NCBI RefSeq assembly: GCF_006345805.1
Contig: NC_043003.1
Span: 23,932,001-23,996,000, forward strand
Direction: 5' to 3'
From: Octopus sinensis
Lineage: Eukaryota
Length of the DNA stretch: 64,000 nt
Part shown: positions 51,361-64,000 of the stretch, piece after piece
How the letters are laid out: each line of letters starts with the position of its first letter
How positions within the stretch are numbered: position 1 is the first letter of the stretch
The notes under the pieces: generated by a model
The model's input: only the letters and a program-made list of their open reading frames with translations
Told to the model about the DNA's origin: nothing
Database searches by the model: none
Program-made: the position numbers and the translations under genes

Positions 51361-51569
51361 GCATATATATACTCCTTTATTATAGTTATTCCTATTTGAG
51401 GGATCTACTCTATCTTGGAATATTTTTAGTATTTGTGCTTGCGTGTTTCAACACCCTATTGTTAACATTATAAATTTACTATTCCAGGTAATTTGATATT
51501 GCATTTGATAGTTTCATCATATGCTTATTTAAACTTTTTTTGGTATCAACTAAATTTAGAGAACTGTCT

Positions 51570-52215
51570 ATCTAACGCGGAAAAAATGGGTGAAACTAAA
51601 CGCAAAAGAAATAGACAAAGCAAAATCCAAACAATGGTTCAGGACTCAAAGCAGAGACTGAAGGATTTTTAATTGCAGCACAAGATCAGAGCCTCCCCAC
51701 CAGAAATAACCAAAATCATATATTGAAAAGAAACATAACAAGTAACTGCAGAATATGTGGAGATGGTCAAGGTTGTTTCTGACCGCCCAGTCCCGGCTAA
51801 GAAGGAATTTATTCACAGACATAACAGAGTTGGAACCTATATACACTGGAAGCTATGCCAATACTATGGAATAACAAAAGAAAAAAGATGTTATAGGCAC
51901 ACGCCAGAAAAGGTCACAGAAAATGAGAAAGCAACCATACTCTGCGATATGCCAATACACAGAGCGGTTAAGGCCAATTAGCCGGATATAGTTGTCAGAC
52001 ATCACCAAGAAGAAATACTTTCTAATCGATGACAATGTTTCTCTAAAGAAAACGGGGAAACTTTCAAAATACAAAGACCTGGAAATAGAGGTAACTCAAA
52101 TGCGGAGTCTATAAACAGAAACAATTCCTATCATTATAGGCGCAGTAGGTATGATTCGAAAATATTCAGACAAATACATAACAAAAACACCAGGACTTAC
52201 AAGTATATATAATTA
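51570..52215 (+). mobile_element. R4/Dong-like RLE LINE 3' coding fragment (CCHC + RLE)
   Basis: GLKAETEGFLIAAQDQSL; CRICGD; RHNRVGTYIHWKLCQYYG; EKVTENEKATIL.D; AN*PDIVV; KLSKYKDLEIEV; IPIIIGAVG. Confidence 0.88.
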
Positions 52216-52220
52216 TATAT

Positions 52221-52437
52221 GGAAGTGTTAAGAAGAGCTACAGCAAATATTCTGATCAATACTATAGATTTGCTTGCCTGTTGCTTAACATTAACCACTT
52301 GCGCATGTCCCTTGATGGCTGACGGTATGTGCAGAAGTAGTGGGGAGCATCATAGCCATATGTTAAGAGGAATTCTTTGGGGTTTAGATAATTTACCTCT
52401 GGGAACATGGGTGTTTTATTCATCATCCTTAAACAAC
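52221..52437 (+). mobile_element. Fragment of the TAA-associated element (homolog of the reverse complement of ~3130-3350)
   Basis: gctacagcaaatattctgatcaatac...gcagaagtagtggggagcatcatagcc...tctttggggttt...ccttaaacaac. Confidence 0.8.
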
Positions 52438-52494
52438 ATGCATATTTCTTCTTGTGACACAAGACCGTAAGTTTTGAGCGGAGGGCATACTTGG

Positions 52495-52640
52495 ATTCCA
52501 TCGGCTTTTAGTACATGTCTGGTACTTTATTTCAACGAGTCCGGGTTGGAGGCAAAGATGAATGGCAAAGTTAAATTTGGCAGGAATTGAACTCATAACG
52601 AAAGTGTCGGAAGAGTGACTGCAAGGTATTCGTACCAAGA
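52495..52640 (-). mobile_element. SINE family B fragment, diverged
   Basis: ggtactttatttcaacgag...gatgaatggcaaagttaaatttggcaggaattgaactc resembles the reverse complement of family B. Confidence 0.5.
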
Positions 52641-52790
52641 TAAGCAAAAATGAACGAAAGTTAGAAGACAAGTAAAAGAGGAAAGGAGGAGAGCAGTAGA
52701 ATGAAGGAGGGCGAGAGGACGTGTGTGCTAAGAAAACAGGAGAGTGGCGGAAGGAGCAACACGACAGCAGCAACAATCATTTCAAACAAC

Positions 52791-52833
<43 letters not shown>

Positions 52834-53119
52834 CATGCATACATACATGTATATATACTCATACATACATACAGATATATATACATGGATATATATATAT
52901 TTATGTATGTATGTGCATACATATATGTATATATATATATATATAATATATATATATATATATTATATATATGAATATATATATATTATGTATGTATGTA
53001 TGTATTATGTATGTATATATATATATATTTATGTATGTATGTGCATACATATATGAATATATATATATTATATATATGAATATATATATATACACCCACG
53101 CACCCACACGTGCATATAC

Positions 53120-53154
<35 letters not shown>

Positions 53155-53518
53155 CATGTGTGTGTGTAACAATGATGTTGATGACGACTATGATGACAAT
53201 GACACCAGGGTCATCACCATCGCCGTTATGATTGCGGAGACATATCAGAATGATGCAGGACAGAGGGGGAGAAGGTTGGGGAGCTGGAAACGGAAGGAGA
53301 AGGAAAGACAAAGGCAGAAAGAGAAAATAAAGGAAAGATAGAAGAAGGTAAAGAAAAAGTGTAGACTGGAGGAGATAATAATAGTGAGTAGGCAAACATA
53401 CTTTCACTATAAATAGAATTAAAACTACTAAGTTTTCCTTTTATCGATTAAAACTAAGATTTGACAGCTCAAAACGGACTTTTTGAGTTGAGAATAAAGT
53501 GGTATTAAAATGCTGTTT

Positions 53519-53519
53519 G

Positions 53520-53574
<55 letters not shown>

Positions 53575-53585
53575 CAACAACAGCA
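53519..53585 (+). repeat. (AAT)n/(AAC)n microsatellite
   Basis: Direct reading. Confidence 0.9.
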
Positions 53586-53829
53586 ATGACAAAACTATCT
53601 TCGTCGTTATAATTACAATCATCTTGATGATTTACGTTGTGAACGTTGTCGGACGTTTAAATAAGGCTGTGTTATTTTTAAAGTTCCCTGTTACAACGAT
53701 TATAAGTTTGAAAAACTTTCATTATTTCTTGTTCTACAAACATGCTGCTCGTGCGTGGCTCTGTTCACTTCTTTTCAGTCTGTCTTTCCCTCTGTCTCTG
53801 TCTGTCTTTCTCCCCCAAGTCTCTCTTTC

Positions 53830-53872
<43 letters not shown>

Positions 53873-54006
53873 CTGTCTCTCTGTCTCTCTCTCTCTCTCT
53901 CTCAGAGTGTCATTCGTTTCTACAACCCATATGAAACGGATGTTAGCGATATAGATATGTGCGTGTGTGTATTATGTATGTATATATGTATATAGGGTAA
54001 AGCGTC

Positions 54007-54325
54007 AAGAGTAAAAGGTAAAGACCCCCTTCGATCATGATTGACCATGTACAAGTCCAGGCAAGGCCGTTTATGAAGACCAGCAATCGGGTCGCATACC
54101 AGGCTCCTCTCATCACTCCAACGACGTTATCCAAGGATAAGGCAAGGGCCAATATAGCTTAGCACCAGTGACGTCGTAACTCATTCCTACAGCTGAGTGG
54201 ATTGGAGCAACGTGAAATAAAAGTGTGTCTTACTCAAGAACACAACCCACAGCCTGGTACAGGAATCGAACGAACAACCGCACGGCAGTAAGCCCGGTGC
54301 TCAAACCTCTGAGACATGCGCCGTC
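54007..54325 (-). mobile_element. SINE family E, full length with tRNA-like head
   Basis: Reverse complement begins gacggcgcatgtctcagaggtttgagcacc...gttcgattcctgtaccaggctgtgggttgtgttcttgag and ends ...ggtctttaccttttactctt. Confidence 0.8.
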
Positions 54326-54374
54326 ATATATGAATCCCTCCACATACACACACATATATTGTAGTAATTTATTC

Positions 54375-54574
54375 ATTTCAAATTTTTGCACACAGCCAGT
54401 AGATTCGGTAGATTCTATATACCCGGTGTTCGACTTGTATGTATTTTATCGAACCTGAAATGATGAAAAGCAAAGTCGAGGTGGGCTGCATTTGAACTGG
54501 GGAAGTTTAGACGGACGAAATGCTGCTAAGCATTTTGCCCAGTGTACTGACGATTCTGCCAGCATATCACCTTT
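54375..54574 (-). mobile_element. SINE family B
   Basis: Reverse complement aaaggtgatatgctggcagaatcgtcagtacactgggcaaaatgcttagcagcatttcgtccg... Confidence 0.75.
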
Positions 54575-55268
54575 CATATAGTAATTATAGTAATATATTG
54601 AGTGTAGAAATAGATTACGACTTCTAGTATTATGCATAGAGCTCCACGTAGATTATCGCCATCCAGTTTGCTTCCAGTATGGTGATTAAGTGACTACAAT
54701 ACATATTAGTTTAAATAATTATGTGATACAGAGTAAATGTAGAAGAAATTAAGATAAACAGAGGTTTATATTATTAATTCTTTTGTCAATTTCATTATTA
54801 TGGTTGCTTGAAATCCTGCCATGCGTGTTCCCAAGAGCATTTGAATGCTTAACCAGAAGGGACGATCTGGGAACACTTTATTGCATTTTGTTCCTGAGAA
54901 ATAGGTCAAGATTTGGGCCAATGGCAACGCATTTTATTTTCAAGTATTTTGAAGGGGAATATAGAGGGAAAACAATGTTTTCTGTAACTTAATGTAATGA
55001 TTTTACATATATACACATACACCCAGACAAATCGCGCATCCATGTATGTATGAGTGCGTATGTATATATATGTATTTATGTATATACGTATGTATGTATG
55101 CGTGTATGTATGTACATGTTTGTGTATATGTATGTATGCTGAAAATCAAGTATGAATGCTAACGCTTGCTAACTGCGCAGTCCTCATATTTTTTGCGTGT
55201 TTGTGTGTGTCTGTGTCTGTGTACGTATGTGTGTGTATTTGTGTTTTGTTGGTGCTTCTATCTATCTA

Positions 55269-55322
<54 letters not shown>

Positions 55323-55387
55323 GATAGATAGATAGAGATAGATAGATAGGTAGATAGATAGATAGATATATAGATAGATAGATAGAT

Positions 55388-55428
<41 letters not shown>

Positions 55429-56065
55429 TACATAGATATATATATATATAGAGAGAGAGAGGGGGGAGGTGGAGTGAGAGGTAGAGTGATAGAAAGTGAG
55501 AGAGATTGAGAGGGAGAGAGAGAGAGATTCGTTTGTGAGTGTGTGGTGTGTGCCTATATGTATGTGCGTGCGCGCTTGAATGTTTAGTTATCTGTCTCCT
55601 CCAATGTATAATTCATTGAATAAAGGTACTCAACTAGATTTAGCATATTGTTGCTAAACTATGAAAGTGTTTACAACATACAATGTTTGACAAATGACAT
55701 GTATTTTCTAATCTTCTTGCAAGCAGCTAACGATACGCTATTGTCCACCATGTTTTAGATCAGATTTCCTTCAAATATAAAAATATATTGATTTCAATAT
55801 ATTTGCTTGGTTTGGATAAAAATACAATCGAAGTAATGTTGGTTCTTATTTTAGTCAGTTCAATTTTATTGACTCTATAGCTATTTAAAGCAAAATGGAT
55901 TCCAACGGTCTCGAATTTAGAGATTACGAATCTGAGACTTCAAAGCTTTTTCAACTCACTTAAGTTGTCCATGTGATTGAAAAGTTTGCTTTGCACTGAT
56001 GCTGTACCAGTTTCAATGCCACTTTAGCAATTGCTTAGTTTCTCTGTTAATCTGAGTCTTTTTTT

Positions 56066-56241
56066 AAGGCTTACGAGTTAGCAGGCCCTTTAGCGCGCCG
56101 GATAAAATGCTTGGCAGCATGTCACCCATCTTTACGTTCATAGTTCAAATTTCGCCAAATTTCGGGGTCGATAAAATAAGAATCAGTGATGGAATCGACT
56201 TGTGTTCCCCTTAAAAGTGTTAGCTCCGTGCCAAAATTTCA
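56066..56241 (+). mobile_element. SINE family B, internally deleted
   Basis: aaggcttacgagttagcagg...aaaatgcttggcagc...gttcaaatttcgcc...ttcggggtcgataaaataag...gtgccaaaatttc. Confidence 0.65.
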
Positions 56242-57180
56242 ATGAGTTTTCTGAGAAAAATCACAATTTAGAAACCTTTTTCTGAAGCCTGCTGAATGGA
56301 TTAAATGAATATTTTGATTAGTGTTATACTTAATCTGTCACTCAATTTTATAGTTCTTTGACCTTATATGGCCGTTATATGTTTTTATTCTGTTATAAGC
56401 AGCATTCTTGTTCGGCATCCGGTTTTACAGTATGTCATGTCTCACTGTTTAACCTCCGTTTCTATCCACCAGTTTCGGAGATAATACACAAAGGTCATGT
56501 GTACCTGTGTGCTACCCGTTTTCCTTCTATCTAAGCTATTAAAAGTAGAATTATATGAATATGACAAAAGGTCGTGCGTCATTCTACCAATACATTTCTG
56601 CCACTCTCAGATACCGAAATAGAGTGGGAAAGGTGATTTGCTATTGAAAGATATCTGAGTCTAGTAGTGGAGCTGACCAGATGTTTCCCTTGAAATGTTG
56701 AAGCGTATTTAAAGTATGTTTTTACCAAAATTACAAAATTAACAATAACAATAAGAAGGGTCTATGAAATAATTGTCTGCTCATGGGTTTTCAGGAACTA
56801 GGCTTTGGTCTACTAGGTCGTATAAAAGCTGCCGATTGACCACAAGAAGTCACTGTAGCACCTAAATGAGGACTGCTATTCAGTTTCTTAATATATCAAA
56901 ATGCGACGTCATCCTATGTTTTAACACAACTGTCTTTGAACTTGCTTTCTTTTTTTAAATATTTTCAGTAAAACGTAAAAGCATGAGAAAGTAAATACTT
57001 TTAAACAGATTCACAATCAATGGAATATATATTTCATTGCCTCACACAGAATTTAAATACTGTTATTGATTATAAGTTTTGAAAACTTTGAGTTTAGTTT
57101 AACATTAATCATTTATGAAAAAGTAAAACTCTGGTCACACTTTAAAAGAATAAAGTAGGGAAAGATAAAAGAAATTCCCA

Positions 57181-57348
57181 GGAGTGGCTGTGTGGTAAGT
57201 AGGTTCCTTACCAACCACATGGTTTCGGGTTCATTCCCACTGCGTGGCACCTTGGGCAAGTGTCTTCTACTATAGCCTCGGGCTGACCAAAATCTTGTGA
57301 GTGGATTTGGTTGACGGAAACTGAAAGAAGCCCGTCGTATATCTGTAA

Positions 57349-57380
<32 letters not shown>

Positions 57381-57601
57381 AAATTTTTGTGTGTCTGTGT
57401 TTGTCCCCCCCCAACATCGCTTGACAGCCGATGGTGGTGTGTTTACGTCGCTGTAACTTAGCGGTTCGGTAAAAGAGACCGATAGAATAAGTACTAGGCT
57501 TCCAAAGAATAAGTCCTGGGCTCGATTTGCTCGACTAAATGCGGTGCTCCAGCATGGCCGCAGTCAAATGACTGAAACAACTAAAAGAGTAAAGAGTAAA
57601 G
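57181..57601 (+). mobile_element. tRNA-derived SINE family A, full length with internal TA/TG microsatellite
   Basis: Head ggagtggctgtgtggtaag...gggttcattccc; body; tail gcggtgctccagcatggccgcagtcaaatgactgaaac(aa)ctaaaagagtaaagag. Confidence 0.9.
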
Positions 57602-57695
57602 ACTATATGAATGTCTAATGACTAGCTTAGACTTTCAACACGGGTCTAATTGTATAATGCTTCAAATCCTACTCATTTTCAATCGCCGAATATTA

Positions 57696-58207
57696 CCATA
57701 AATCCTCGTGTAAAATCCGCATATTTTTCCCAAAATTTAAAGGTCAAAATCCCTAGTGCGTATTATATACGAGGTTAAAAATGAAAATTGTTTTCTAAGC
57801 AATGTCCGAGTCTCTATTTGCTGTCCAGCAATGTTTATTCAGACGCATTTTGTGATGTCGGGCGCGAAAATACCTTAAGCTAAACCTGAAAGCAATGAAG
57901 TCATAAAAGAATCATCCATAACTTGCTGTAATCAACATTTAATAAACGTTATTACTGTTATTTCTTTATTTTCTGCTAACAAAGTGCACAAAAAAGCTAC
58001 ATGTTTGCATTACGTTATATATACAAAAATAATAATGGACGTTACCGTATATATTTTTCCAAACCAAGGACGTTATATAGACCTCCTTGACTCAAGTTAG
58101 AGAATGGGTGTGTATTATACACAAGGGTTAGGTTTTTTAGAGGTACAGCCCCTTAAAATTCCCCTGCGTATTATACTCAAGGGCGGACTATATTCGAGGA
58201 TTTACGG
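57696..58207. mobile_element. pogo/Tigger-type non-autonomous element (~510 bp)
   Basis: TA|ccataaatcctcgtgtaaaatccgc ... gcggactatattcgaggatttacgg|ca; subterminal tgcgtattata repeats. Confidence 0.8.
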
Positions 58208-58579
58208 CATTGTTTAAATAAGCTACACAGTAATTTTATTTCAAGTAGTATAACAGGGAATACCTACCTATGAGTTCTCGAAAATTGTTGCCAGGGATAG
58301 AACGGGATAAATATATGCACAAGCAACACTGTACAGCGCATATGTGCACCTGCACATAGAAACATTGCCAAACCTGATGGGAGAGAAGCGTACCAATGAC
58401 TTGGTCACCTATAGATAGCGTTCTTCTGCGTTTCTTTTCCTGATTAGGTGTCCACAACTAAAATCACGATTACGGTGAGTTTTAAATGAAGAATGAAAAA
58501 AATGAAAAAGAGGAAATTAGTGAAAATTCGAGCAAATTTATGCTTGTGTCATCATACCACTTTTTTCCTCCTTTGTACG

Positions 58580-59190
58580 ACCACATCTTGAATACTGCTG
58601 CCCACTGTGGTCTCCTCACACAAGACAAAACATCTCCAGAATTGAGTCACCCCAGAGGGCACTCACTAAACGAATTGAAGGTATGGCTGCTCTCGATTAT
58701 TGGGATCGCCTTAAAGCCTTGAAACTTTACTCCCTCCAGCGTCGCCGTGAGCGGTACATCATTTGTACGATGTGGAAAATATACCGCCAACTATGCCCAA
58801 ACGACCTAAACATTAGCTTCAAGGTTCATCCAAGACTTGGACCACGGGCTATACGTCCCCTGCCCAATTCAAGATCACAACATACATGTACACTGCAACA
58901 TAATTTCTTTTCCTCAACAGGCCCTGCCCTATTTAACATTGTCCCGAGAGAGATCAAAGGGGAAAAGGATCCCATCAACTTTAAACAGAGCCTGGATAGA
59001 TTCCTTCAAAGAATACCAGATAAGCCACCCATAATTGGATACAACTCACCCAGCAAGAACTCACTACTTGAACAAAACTTGACTTAAACAGGATTCGAAT
59101 AATCCTATCAGGTGGTGCTATTAAGTTAGACATGGCCTGGACCAATCTTTGGTCGAAACATATCTAAGTTTATCTAAGTCTAAGTTTAAC
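58580..59190 (+). mobile_element. CR1-clade LINE 3' end with (TCTAAG)-like tail
   Basis: HLEYCCPLWSPH...IESPQR..TKRIEGM..LDYWDRLKALKLYSLQRRRERY; GPALFN..P; FKQSLDRFLQRIPDKP; NSLL. Confidence 0.92.
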
Positions 59191-59395
59191 AGACTCGAAT
59201 GTAGCAGACAAAATTACTTTATGTCGAATATGTATTCAGCGTGGTCGCGGCCATTTTGAATCTTATATTAAATTGAATAACATTGTTGATTAAAAAGTAA
59301 ACAACATACGCTTGATACATTTGTGCATAGTCTGATAAAATGCTATTAAATCACCGGAGCAGGATTGAATACAAAACACCTATACACAATATATA

Positions 59396-59630
59396 CAGGG
59401 TGGTCCAAAAGTAGGTTTACAGTTATCACGTGGGCATATCAAATTCCTTTTGAAACATCTTATCATATTTAGATTTCTATCTTACAAACTAAAAAGGGAG
59501 CTTGACAAAATTAACTAAATTAGCATAGAATAATAGCTTCATATTAATTTATAATTAAGATCTAAGCTGCTAATATATGAATGCGAAAGAGATAGTTGAA
59601 TAACTGTAAACTTACTTTTGGGCCAGCCTG
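59396..59630. mobile_element. Tc1/mariner-type MITE (235 bp)
   Basis: TA flanks; ~31-bp TIRs cagggtggtccaaaagtaggtttacagttat versus reverse complement caggctggcccaaaagtaagtttacagttat. Confidence 0.88.
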
Positions 59631-60120
59631 TATCCCATTATACACACAAAAACACATATATATTTTTATATATGTATATGTACAGAGACACATATACACA
59701 CATATATGAGAATGGTAATAGAAAGAACACGTGTACAGGCAACAGATATATAAAGATAGAAAATAGATAACTATAGATATAGTCGAAGATGTAGATACAC
59801 ACACAGGTAGACATACACACGTACACACAATCTCCTATTCCTCCGGTCACTGTACTTTTACAACGAAATTTGAAGAAAAATATTTAAACGGACGAATGAG
59901 CGTATGCATGTGTGTTTGTGAGTGAGTGAGTGAGTGAGTGAGTAAGTAAGAGAGAGAGTGAGTGAGTGAGAGAGTGAGAGAGTGAGTGAGAGAGTGAGTG
60001 AGAGAGTGAGTTTATATGTGTCTGTGCTTATAATAAATGTGTATTTATAATCAAACACATTTATATGTAGACGGAAACAAAACAGGAAGAAATGTAGGAA
60101 AAGAAGACAGGGTCTGTACA

Positions 60121-60123
60121 TGT

Positions 60124-60194
<71 letters not shown>

Positions 60195-60201
60195 ATATAT
60201 A

Positions 60202-60277
<76 letters not shown>

Positions 60278-60352
60278 CATACATACATATATATACATAC
60301 ATACATTTACATATATATATATATATATAATATATATATATATACGTAAATG

Positions 60353-60404
<52 letters not shown>

Positions 60405-60460
60405 TATTATAAATATTGTGTAAGTCAGTGTATGTATATATATATATATATACATGTATG
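60121..60460 (+). repeat. Long interrupted (TA)n/(TACA)n tract; similar tracts occur throughout (e.g. 4950-5190, 17490-17880, 38590-38710, 46990-47180)
   Basis: Direct reading. Confidence 0.95.
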
Positions 60461-61426
60461 CGTTTATTTTCAAAATAAATTTATGTTTATGTGTATGTAC
60501 GTTTTTATGTAATGTTTAATGGAATTCTCGTATTTTTTTGTCGTAGTCATATGACAAGTCTGAAGAAATTAACAAGTAACCTGACTAAATTCAGAATATT
60601 ATCGGAAAAACGCATTTATTACAATACAAGTATGTACGTAAATACATGTATATACGTAAATACACACATATATAAATATACGTAGATACACACACACGCA
60701 TACACATATATATATATATATCTTCACATATATATAGATATTTGCATACACAATGTGTCTATATGTATGCATATATGTATTCAGTGTTCGTGTGTGTATG
60801 TGTAACTATGTGTGTATGTGCTTGTGTGCATGTGTGCTTTTGTGTGTCTCTACGCGTGTGCCTATGTCGAAGCATTAGTACTATATCTGATCTCAAGGAG
60901 ACAACGTTCTTTCGTTATGTTTAATCACAAAAGAAGTTGTTAAACGTTGACCTTTTAGAAATATTCTAACACATTTAAGACGTTCGTAGCAGACAGAATA
61001 CTAACTCTTTGTATGCGATATCGTCTTCTGCAAATATTGTTCCGTATTTTTTTGAAAGTATGCGCAAATTTGAATGGACTTCCAAGGAGGTTATTATCGT
61101 TTTCTTCCACAAAGCTGCATTTCCTTCTCCATTTCTTTTTAACATTTTTTATATTTATTTATTTAATTTAATTTTTTTTTTGGGGGGGGGGGCTGGATTA
61201 TGATATCAAAAATTGTCTGTGTTTACTTTTTGTAGTATATACAGGCGTGCGGTGGAAGATTTCATTGTGGTTTCTAGACTATCGAGCGTGATCAAAATGT
61301 TTTATGGACCATAAATCTACTTAGGCGTATATTATCTAAATGTTTTCTGTCTTTATTTAATACATTGTTGTGTGATCTGAAGTTGGTTTGATAGTAAGAA
61401 GTCAAACCCGTCCTTGCAGATATATA

Positions 61427-61641
61427 TTGGTTTCAAATTTAGGCACGAGAGCAGCAACTTCCAGTGTGGGGGTCGGTAATTCGATCGACTCCAATACTCA
61501 AGTGGTACTCATTTCATCGATCTCAAAAGGATGAAAGGCAAAGTCGACCTCTGCGAAATCTGAATTTAGACCTTAAGGCGGGCGAAATTCCGCCAAGCAC
61601 TTAACCCATCGGGCTAACGATTTTGTCTGCTCGCCACCTTT
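61427..61641 (-). mobile_element. SINE family B, near complete
   Basis: Reverse complement aaggtggcgagcagacaaaatcgttagcc...gaggtcgactttgcctttcatccttttgagatcgatg...gtgcctaaatttgaaacc. Confidence 0.75.
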
Positions 61642-61664
61642 ATGCATATTTTACATTGACTATA

Positions 61665-61825
61665 GGCGTAGGAGTGGCTGTGTGGTAAGTACCTTCCTTA
61701 CCAACCACATGGTTCCAGGTTCAGTCCAACAGCGTGGCACCTTGGACAAGTGATTTCTACTGTATCCTCGAGCCGAACAAAGCATTGTGAGTGGATTTGG
61801 TAGACGGAAACTGAAAGAAGCCAGT

Positions 61826-61870
<45 letters not shown>

Positions 61871-62006
61871 ATGTATATATATGTTTGTGTGTCTGTGTTT
61901 GTCCCCCCAGCATCGGTTGTCAAGCGATGCTGGTGTCTATACGTCCCCGTAACTAAGCGGTTCGGCAAAAGTGACCGATAGAATAAGTACTAGGCTTGCA
62001 AAGAAT
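61665..62006 (+). mobile_element. tRNA-derived SINE family A, 3'-truncated
   Basis: ggcgtaggagtggctgtgtggtaag...ggttcagtcc; body matches 57181. Confidence 0.88.
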
Positions 62007-62099
62007 CAGAGGGAGTGAGATAGTGGGAAATACCAGAAAGCTTTTGTGGACAATAGCAGGATGAAAATAAATGAATAATTAAATTGATAAAATATATGT

Positions 62100-63105
62100 T
62101 CGGCCTAAGGGAGTGTTTGGTAAAGAGTATATTAGGGAGATATATGGCGTGTCCGGTGTCTGAGTCTGAATTTTTCTCCCACGTATTGAAGATATGAAGA
62201 TTTCCAAATCAGCATTCTAATACAAGCTTGGCGTGCTTGCTGCAAGTTTATAAGGTTCATATCGCTTTTTTCTTTTGTGAAGAGCTAATATTCTTTGACA
62301 GTATTCTCACGCGGTTTTGATTTTTCGGCGATCTTTCTTGCTCATGTTAAATGTCCTAATTTGATTTTCTTGCTACACGTAGATTAAGAATATTGTCGTA
62401 TTGTATTTTCCCACATTTCTAAATAAGTTAGTCAAATTAAGGAATCTTTGCTTCAAAATTGCTATTGTCAAGCCGATATATTGATCTTTACATTTGGCAG
62501 CACAATTTATGACGTCGTTGTAACACAAACCATTTAGCCACTCTAACGTAAGGTCCTACAAGAACAATGCAACCTCACTTATAGTTGTAGGTTGTATGAA
62601 ACAGTTTCTTTCATGTTATGACAGCAGCGTTTGTTGAATAGTTGTATGCATCTACAGAATATTTTCTTTCGTGCGTGATCTAACGGATAATGTATATTAA
62701 ATGTAGCTAGTTGTTAACAATGTTATGCCTAACACCGCGTAACAAGGCAGACTAAAAGACATTCCTTTCACGCACTTAGTTCATCTGATGGTGTCGTAGG
62801 AGGGGTCGTAAGGGATACTTTATTTGAGTCTATTGGTTTGAAGATCATTGTAGTAGTAAGTGGTTGCTTCTGTAAGATCTCTTTGCGGGAAACCATATCA
62901 AATATTCTTCTGCTTAAACCTTTCACAAAATTCTTGAACATGTGGTCAGGTGAAGGGCCACGTGTTAATGTTTGTGAGATTATCATTTTCTTTATGTTTC
63001 CTAAAAGGCTTTAAAGAAATCTGTGCTAATATTTAATGTAACGTTCGAAAATTTTCTATTGTAACTTTCAGGTCACGGGAAGTGATCGTTTCTATAAAGC
63101 CCCCT

Positions 63106-63140
<35 letters not shown>

Positions 63141-63305
63141 TTTTTTGGTGGGGAACCAAACAATATAATGTATGTCCAATACCGTTTCTTGGGAAGTTGC
63201 TAGGCGACGTCACTATACTTTTGCTGTCGAATTTCCATCAATCAAGTTTAATTTCAAAACATTTTGATGGACCGATTCTACAACGTTACGTGCTGCGAAA
63301 TGGAA
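62100..63305 (-). mobile_element. Penelope-like element remnant (RT YxDD + thumb + GIY-YIG)
   Basis: Minus strand: degenerate Y(R)DDGLA at 63198-63218; DLKVTIE; NFSNVTLNI; NDNL..IN; MFKNFVKGLSRRIFDMVSRKEIL; CSCR; LNGLCYNDVI; YIGLTIAILKQRF. Confidence 0.75.
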
Positions 63306-63311
63306 CCGAGA

Positions 63312-63470
63312 ATGGTGGTGTGTTTACGTTCCTGTAACTTAGCGGTTTGTCAAAAGAGATCGATAAAATAACTCCCAGGGTCAAGCTGTTCGACTAAAAC
63401 TCTTCGAGATGATGCCGCTTCATGGCCGCAGTCATATGTCTGAAATAAATAAAAGACAAAAGATAAAAGT
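63312..63470 (+). mobile_element. SINE family A 3' fragment
   Basis: gtgtttacgttcctgtaacttagcggtttgtcaaaagagatcgat...catggccgcagtcatatgtctgaaataaataaaag. Confidence 0.75.
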
Positions 63471-63549
63471 TTTTTATATTTTGCATAAAACTTTAGAATT
63501 AGAAACTATACAGACCACCGAACTGGATGGCACTGCATAATACCAAAGA

Positions 63550-63862
63550 TACCGTCCCCTTCATCTCAGGTAAGGCCCCAGTATTGCAACAGCTTGGGTT
63601 TCAAGGGACCAAAACTGTTTAACATGCTTCCAAGGAATCTAAGAGATCTGCAAGGTGTAGATGTAGAAACGTTCAGAAAGCACCTGAGATCCCAGATGAG
63701 TCCACGTCGCGGAAGGAGGCATAAAGAAAGGCAGCTTCGTCCAACTAGCTTCTTCACCAAAAAACGGTGAGAAATTAGACACCAAAACACAGAAATGCTG
63801 TGCTCCAGCATGACGCCAGCATTTGACTCGAACCAGTAAGTAAATAAAAGAATAAAGAATAA
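63550..63862 (+). mobile_element. CR1-clade LINE 3' end
   Basis: YCNSLGFKGPKLFNMLPRNLRDLQGVDVETFRKHL..IPDE...AASSN; tail gctgtgctccagcatgacgccagcatttgactcgaaccagtaagtaaataaaagaataaagaa. Confidence 0.8.
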
Positions 63863-64000
63863 CTACGAAAATTTTGTTACCGATTGCAAAAGTGAACTTA
63901 ACAAATTTTTTAATACAGTTGTTCTCAAGCGAAGACTTCTGCATATAAACGCCATTTTTATTACACGAAGATATAACCAGGTACAGGAAGTTTTACGGCT

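Overview
Gene-free, AT-rich, microsatellite-dense eukaryotic DNA. The repeat families look like an octopus (coleoid cephalopod) genome; this is inferred from pattern recognition, not a database search. I find no supportable host exon. Almost all supplied ORFs are translations of microsatellites or antisense TE frames. The dominant feature is a ~5.95-kb near-full-length Tx1-type (L1 superfamily) LINE on the minus strand (7357-13306), with a zinc-knuckle ORF1 and an APE-RT-CCHC ORF2, bounded on both sides by (GATA)n. Also present: about six Penelope-like (RT/GIY-YIG) remnants, three R4/Dong-like RLE LINE 3' ends, four CR1 3' ends, one RTE 3' end, a rosa/DD41D-like mariner, several TA-flanked Tc1/mariner/pogo MITEs and hairpin elements, a foldback-like element, and about 20 tRNA-derived SINE copies built from shuffled modules. 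The most interesting signals are: four type-I hammerhead ribozyme motifs read directly from the sequence (39041+, 46027-, 46477-, 47217-), two of them in a 450-bp-period tandem repeat resembling a retrozyme or Penelope pLTR; the apparently GATA-specific and possibly intact Tx1; a SINE family sharing its 3' tail with local CR1 LINEs; and retroelement families each sitting in a different microsatellite type. Coordinates and translations were read by eye; edges of degenerate elements are approximate.
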